A stretch of 64,000 bases of DNA from Deltaproteobacteria bacterium (lineage in GTDB: Bacteria; Myxococcota; Myxococcia; Myxococcales; 40CM-4-68-19): NCBI GenBank assembly GCA_005879535.1, contig VBKI01000070.1, positions 18,173 through 82,172 on the forward strand, in the 5' to 3' direction. Under the pieces are notes generated by a model that saw only the letters and a program-made list of their open reading frames with translations, was not told the DNA's origin and did no database searches. Position 1 is the stretch's first letter. Each line of letters starts with the position of its first letter. Shown here piece after piece: positions 60,553-64,000 of the stretch. The translations under genes and the position numbers were made by a program.

Positions 60553-62256
60553 TCAAAAAGGGTCCGGCTTCTGGGGGTCGGACGCCGGGGTCTGCTCCGC
60601 CTCGCCCTCGTGCCGTTCATCCGCCGGCGCCTCCTCGCGGCGTTCGTCGCCCGCACGCTCCTCGGCCCGCTCCTCCACGGAAGCTTCCTCGCGGAGCGGT
60701 GTGGTCGATGAGACCACAGTCGGTCCGGGCGGCGGAGCGAAGCGCAGCGTGCCCGCAGGCTGTCCCCAGGCTTGCTCGGCGGCGTTGGTCGCGCGCGGGC
60801 GATCCTCGCGTCCGCGGCGGCGGCGCGCTTCGCGCGGCTCTTCTCCCTCGGCGGCCTGGACGACAGGTTCCGGCGGGACAACCTCGGGAGCAGTCTGCGC
60901 CTCCTCCGTGGGCGCTGGCTCGGCGGCGGGCGTCGCTTCCACCGAGATCTCGTGCGCTTCCGACGCAGCTGCCGCCGGCTCCTCGTGGACCCGGTCCTCG
61001 CGCTCGCGGCGGCCGGCGCGCTCTTCCCGCTGGCGCGAAAGGCCGGCGAAGAAGGCCTCGTCGAGATCCGGCACCTCGACGGTCTGGACCGTCACGCCCA
61101 CCCGGCAGGCGATCATCTCCTCCGGGAAGGCTTCGCCGACGTACAGCGCGACCGGCGCCTGCGCTGCCGCGCTCGCCTCGCTCCGGGCGTCGCGTCCCGC
61201 GTCTCCCGGAGCGAGCACGAGCCCCATCTGCGCGGAGTAGTGCGCCAGGTCCTTGCGCAGCTCCTGCACGTCGGCGCGTCCGATCTCCCTTCCGCCGCGC
61301 ACGAGCTTCACCGCCACGCGCAGGTCGGACACGCCGCGCCGCTGCCGGGCCAGATAGAGCGGTCCTTCCTTGCTGCGCTTGGCGACCCGCACGTCGCGCA
61401 TCCCCATCTTCTCCAGCAGCGCCGCGCAGAGGTTCTCGAACGCGCCCGTGTCCAGCTCCGCGACCCGGCGCCGCAGCGCGCGAACCACGGCGCGGCGAAC
61501 TTCCGCGCCGAGCTGCGCCGCCCCCATCGGCCTTGCGCCCCCGTGCGGCGCCCGCACCTCCTCCAGCAGCGCGGAAGCGGGCGGAAACTCGACCAGGGTC
61601 ACGCGGTCGCCGTCGACGATGAACGCGGGCTTGCGCCCCGCCTCGGTCCGTCGGCGGTTGTCCTCGAGCAGCGCGGCGACGAGCGAAGGAAGATCGCGCA
61701 CCAGCGCGTCGGAGAGCAGCTCCCTGCGCAGCAAGTCGGCCGCGAGCTCCGCCAGCGCCGAGCCGCTCTGGCGCTGCGCCAATGCCTCGAACACCACCTC
61801 GGCCGGCGGAGGAAACCGCCGCTGTCCCTTGCGGCCCTGATCCTGCCGCCGGCGCTCCGCTTCCACTTCCTCGTAGCCTTCTTCGTGCTCCGCCTGCAGC
61901 TCGGCGAGCCTGCGCCGCGCTTGGGCGTGAATGGCGCGAGGCTCGCGCTCGCGGGGCCGATAGAGCGCCTCGCCAGTCTCCGCCGGCTGCATCGGCGGCG
62001 GCACCGGCTCGACCTGCGCCTCCTGCGGCACGGACCACTCGATCAGCGCGAACGTGCCTTCAGGCAGGACGGCGACGACCTTGCGGTCGTCCTCGCGCTT
62101 CGCCATCGCCGCGAGCCGCTGTCCCATGGTGATCTCGGGATCCTGGCCCACGTGCGAGAGCAGGTTGTCGCGCAGGGCGACATCCGCGATTTCCTTGTAG
62201 TGGAGAGGCTTGCCGGTGCGGCGCAGGACCTCTACGGCCGCTTCGGTGAACGTCAT
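60553..62256 (-). CDS. HARE-HTH domain protein with Mrr-like restriction-endonuclease-fold domain and long charged tail
   Basis: 567 aa. N-terminus FTEAAVEVLRRTGKPLHYKEIADVAL is HARE-HTH-like. A second winged-helix-like region. FENLCAALLEKMGMRDVRV...YLAR...VAVKLVR...VQELRKD resembles the Mrr_cat core. The last 170 aa or so are Glu/Arg/Ala/Pro-rich. Confidence 0.75.
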   Translation of the reverse strand: MTFTEAAVEVLRRTGKPLHYKEIADVALRDNLLSHVGQDPEITMGQRLAAMAKREDDRKVVAVLPEGTFALIEWSVPQEAQVEPVPPPMQPAETGEALYRPREREPRAIHAQARRRLAELQAEHEEGYEEVEAERRRQDQGRKGQRRFPPPAEVVFEALAQRQSGSALAELAADLLRRELLSDALVRDLPSLVAALLEDNRRRTEAGRKPAFIVDGDRVTLVEFPPASALLEEVRAPHGGARPMGAAQLGAEVRRAVVRALRRRVAELDTGAFENLCAALLEKMGMRDVRVAKRSKEGPLYLARQRRGVSDLRVAVKLVRGGREIGRADVQELRKDLAHYSAQMGLVLAPGDAGRDARSEASAAAQAPVALYVGEAFPEEMIACRVGVTVQTVEVPDLDEAFFAGLSRQREERAGRREREDRVHEEPAAAASEAHEISVEATPAAEPAPTEEAQTAPEVVPPEPVVQAAEGEEPREARRRRGREDRPRATNAAEQAWGQPAGTLRFAPPPGPTVVSSTTPLREEASVEERAEERAGDERREEAPADERHEGEAEQTPASDPQKPDPF

Positions 62257-62327
62257 GTGACACTCCGCGGGAGTGCGGTCGGGACCAGGTGGAGGCTACC
62301 CTTCCGCCGCTCCGAAAAAGTTCAATT

Positions 62328-62356
62328 AGCCTATTGAGTTGCATTGGTGGTGTCAA
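62328..62356 (-). promoter_or_regulatory. candidate sigma-70-type promoter for the HARE-HTH operon
   Basis: On the minus strand: TTGACA (62356-62351), 17-nt spacer, then TAGGCT (62333-62328). Lies in the AT-richer divergent intergenic region about 70 nt upstream of ATG 62256. Confidence 0.35.
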
Positions 62357-62374
62357 CGAACTTAGCCTGCTTGG

Positions 62375-64000
62375 GTGATCCGGATTCGCCCCGGGCGCTC
62401 CTGGCGCCTCAACCCCGCGTACCTGGGCGAGCTGCGATCGCTCAGCGCCGCGCGCGCCAAGGCGTTCACCGGTGCGGAGATCGTCGACGTCCTGGGCATC
62501 GAGGTGGACGGCGTGGAGATCGCCGCCGGAGTCGGCGAGGCGCGCGTCCTGCAGGCCGTCGACGAGCTGGCACAGGCGCTGATCCGGATCGGCGAAGGGC
62601 AACCGGCGGCGCAGGCCACCATCGGGCCCGGACCGACGGAGCTGGTGCTGGAAGCGCGGGGCCACGACCTGCTGCTCACGCTCGTGACGCTGGCGCCGCC
62701 CGCGCGCATCCTCGCCTCCGGTCTGCTCGTCGACGCGCACAAGATGCGCACCGCAACGTTGCACGCCGCGCGCGGGCTGCTCCTCGATCTGCTCGCGATC
62801 AGTCCCGCGCTCTCGCGCGCGCGGCTGGCGCGAAGGTTGGGCGCGGAGTGCGCGCAGCTCGCGCGGCGCGCACAACCGCCGCCGCGGACCTGGCCGTCGC
62901 GGCCGGCGGAGCCGCAGACGCTGCTCAGCCATGTCCACCGCAAGCCGGAGAAGCTTTCCGTCCAGCTGCCGCCCGAGACCATGTCGCGCATGCGCTGCGC
63001 CACGGAGGTCCCGTTCGCGCCGCTGGCAGCTCACGTCGGCCGCGGATCGGTCACGCTCCTTCGCAGCGGAGCGCCGGGCCTCACCTGGGAAGGACCGGTG
63101 TTCCTGTTCCTGCGGAATCTACTGGGGGACACCGAACGGCTGGTCGAGGCGTGGGAAGGCGGCGAGCCCGCGTTCACCCTCCCCCTCGGCACGCATGAGC
63201 TTCGCTGGGACCTCACCTGCGACGAGGTGCGCGCGCAGGGCTGGAGGAAGCCGCTCAAGCTGCCGCCGCTGCGCTTCGCCAAGGTGGCCGCCGGAGCGGC
63301 GGAGCTGTACGCAGACGAGACCCTGCGCGCCGGCACCGACGAGCTCGCGGCGGACCTGCGCGACCGCGCCCAGGCGTTGTTGCGGCATTCCGCGGATCTG
63401 GAGAGCGGCGACCTGCGCCGTGCGCCCGCCGCAGTGATCGCGCCCCCTGCGCGCGAGGGGCGAGAGAAGAAACCGCCGCTCGCCCGCGGCCGGATCCGGC
63501 GCCTGGTGTATCGGGAGGTGTGGCGGAGGTCGCTCACCGGCGCTGCGCGCATGATGGCGCTCGATCAGGGACCCCTCGTCGTCGAGGGCGAGGGAGAGCT
63601 GGTCGGCATCGATCCGGCGGCGGGGAAGGAGCTCTGGCGGGTGCACGCCGCCAGCGGCGCTGTCCACCGCGGATCCGAGCTGTTCTATGCCGAGCCCGGC
63701 GACGCGCTGGTCCGGCTCGACGCCGAGTCCGGCGAGGTCCGCTGGAAGCGCCGCCTGCGCGGAGCGGCCCAGCCGGCGCGACTGTGGACGCTTCCCGAAG
63801 GAGTGCTCCGCGCGCTGCCCGGCGAAGGCATCGCGATGGTCGCGGACTCCGGCGCGCTGGCGTTCCGCACCCGGCTGCCCGGCGGCGCACCCGAGCATGT
63901 CGCGGTCGCGTCCGGAGTGGTGATCGCGGCCCTGTCTTCCGGGTCGCTTGCCGGCATCGATCCGGAGGGCGGAATCCTCTGGAAACGGCGGCTCCGCGCG
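62375..64000 (+). CDS. protein with C-terminal PQQ-like beta-propeller repeats (partial, runs off the right edge)
   Basis: This frame is open from the stop at 62363-62365 to base 64000 and is not in the ORF track. First in-frame start is GTG at 62375. The translation ends ...LVGIDPAAGKELWRV...LVRLDAESGEVRWKRRL...LAGIDPEGGILWKRRLRA, typical PQQ/BamB-like blades. Confidence 0.6.
   Translation, partial: MIRIRPGRSWRLNPAYLGELRSLSAARAKAFTGAEIVDVLGIEVDGVEIAAGVGEARVLQAVDELAQALIRIGEGQPAAQATIGPGPTELVLEARGHDLLLTLVTLAPPARILASGLLVDAHKMRTATLHAARGLLLDLLAISPALSRARLARRLGAECAQLARRAQPPPRTWPSRPAEPQTLLSHVHRKPEKLSVQLPPETMSRMRCATEVPFAPLAAHVGRGSVTLLRSGAPGLTWEGPVFLFLRNLLGDTERLVEAWEGGEPAFTLPLGTHELRWDLTCDEVRAQGWRKPLKLPPLRFAKVAAGAAELYADETLRAGTDELAADLRDRAQALLRHSADLESGDLRRAPAAVIAPPAREGREKKPPLARGRIRRLVYREVWRRSLTGAARMMALDQGPLVVEGEGELVGIDPAAGKELWRVHAASGAVHRGSELFYAEPGDALVRLDAESGEVRWKRRLRGAAQPARLWTLPEGVLRALPGEGIAMVADSGALAFRTRLPGGAPEHVAVASGVVIAALSSGSLAGIDPEGGILWKRRLRA

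Noticed and set aside
60273-62337. Several 245-521-aa Arg/Pro/Ala-rich ORFs on both strands
   Set aside because: They are shadows of the HARE-HTH gene (60553..62256), which has coherent domain-like sequence.

Overview
Very GC-rich bacterial chromosomal segment. The protein content points to Myxococcota: a MYXO-CTERM-type sorting tail, many TPR and zinc-ribbon proteins, a sigma-54 enhancer-binding protein, and an AgmX/PglI-type TonB-like protein. I support about 60 protein-coding genes, 2 tRNAs, 1 disrupted gene, 1 tandem repeat and a few candidate promoters and terminators. Most long ORFs in the track that lie antisense to, or in alternative frames of, these genes are high-GC artefacts. Housekeeping genes include gltX, hutH, tmk, pcm, typA, rplC, eno, glpX, ggt and an rpoH-like sigma factor. 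They are interleaved with envelope and accessory functions. The most notable block is 34696-44531 on the minus strand: eight tightly coupled genes in the order beta-barrel, beta-barrel, TPR, giant TPR, TPR lipoprotein, small single-pass protein, TonB-like AgmX/PglI-type protein, beta-barrel. This reproduces the order of the Myxococcus Nfs (nfsA-H) / GltA-H trans-envelope machinery, but no TolQR/AglRQS-type motor is present in the window. Transcribed divergently from it is an orphan GspE/PilB-family ATPase carrying an N-terminal cyclic-nucleotide-binding domain. Other items worth a second look:
- an aspartate kinase gene broken by an out-of-frame deletion of about 37 nt
- a perfect 3 x 66 bp hairpin-rich tandem repeat after hutH
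- a lipoprotein that mimics the Hsp70 substrate-binding beta-domain
- an rplC gene isolated from any S10-operon context
- a near-consensus sigma-54 promoter in front of the rpoH-like gene
- gltX linked to tRNA-Gln and tRNA-Glu
- a HARE-HTH/Mrr-like nuclease-fold protein heading a housekeeping operon
All family calls come from reading motifs by eye. No database search was run.
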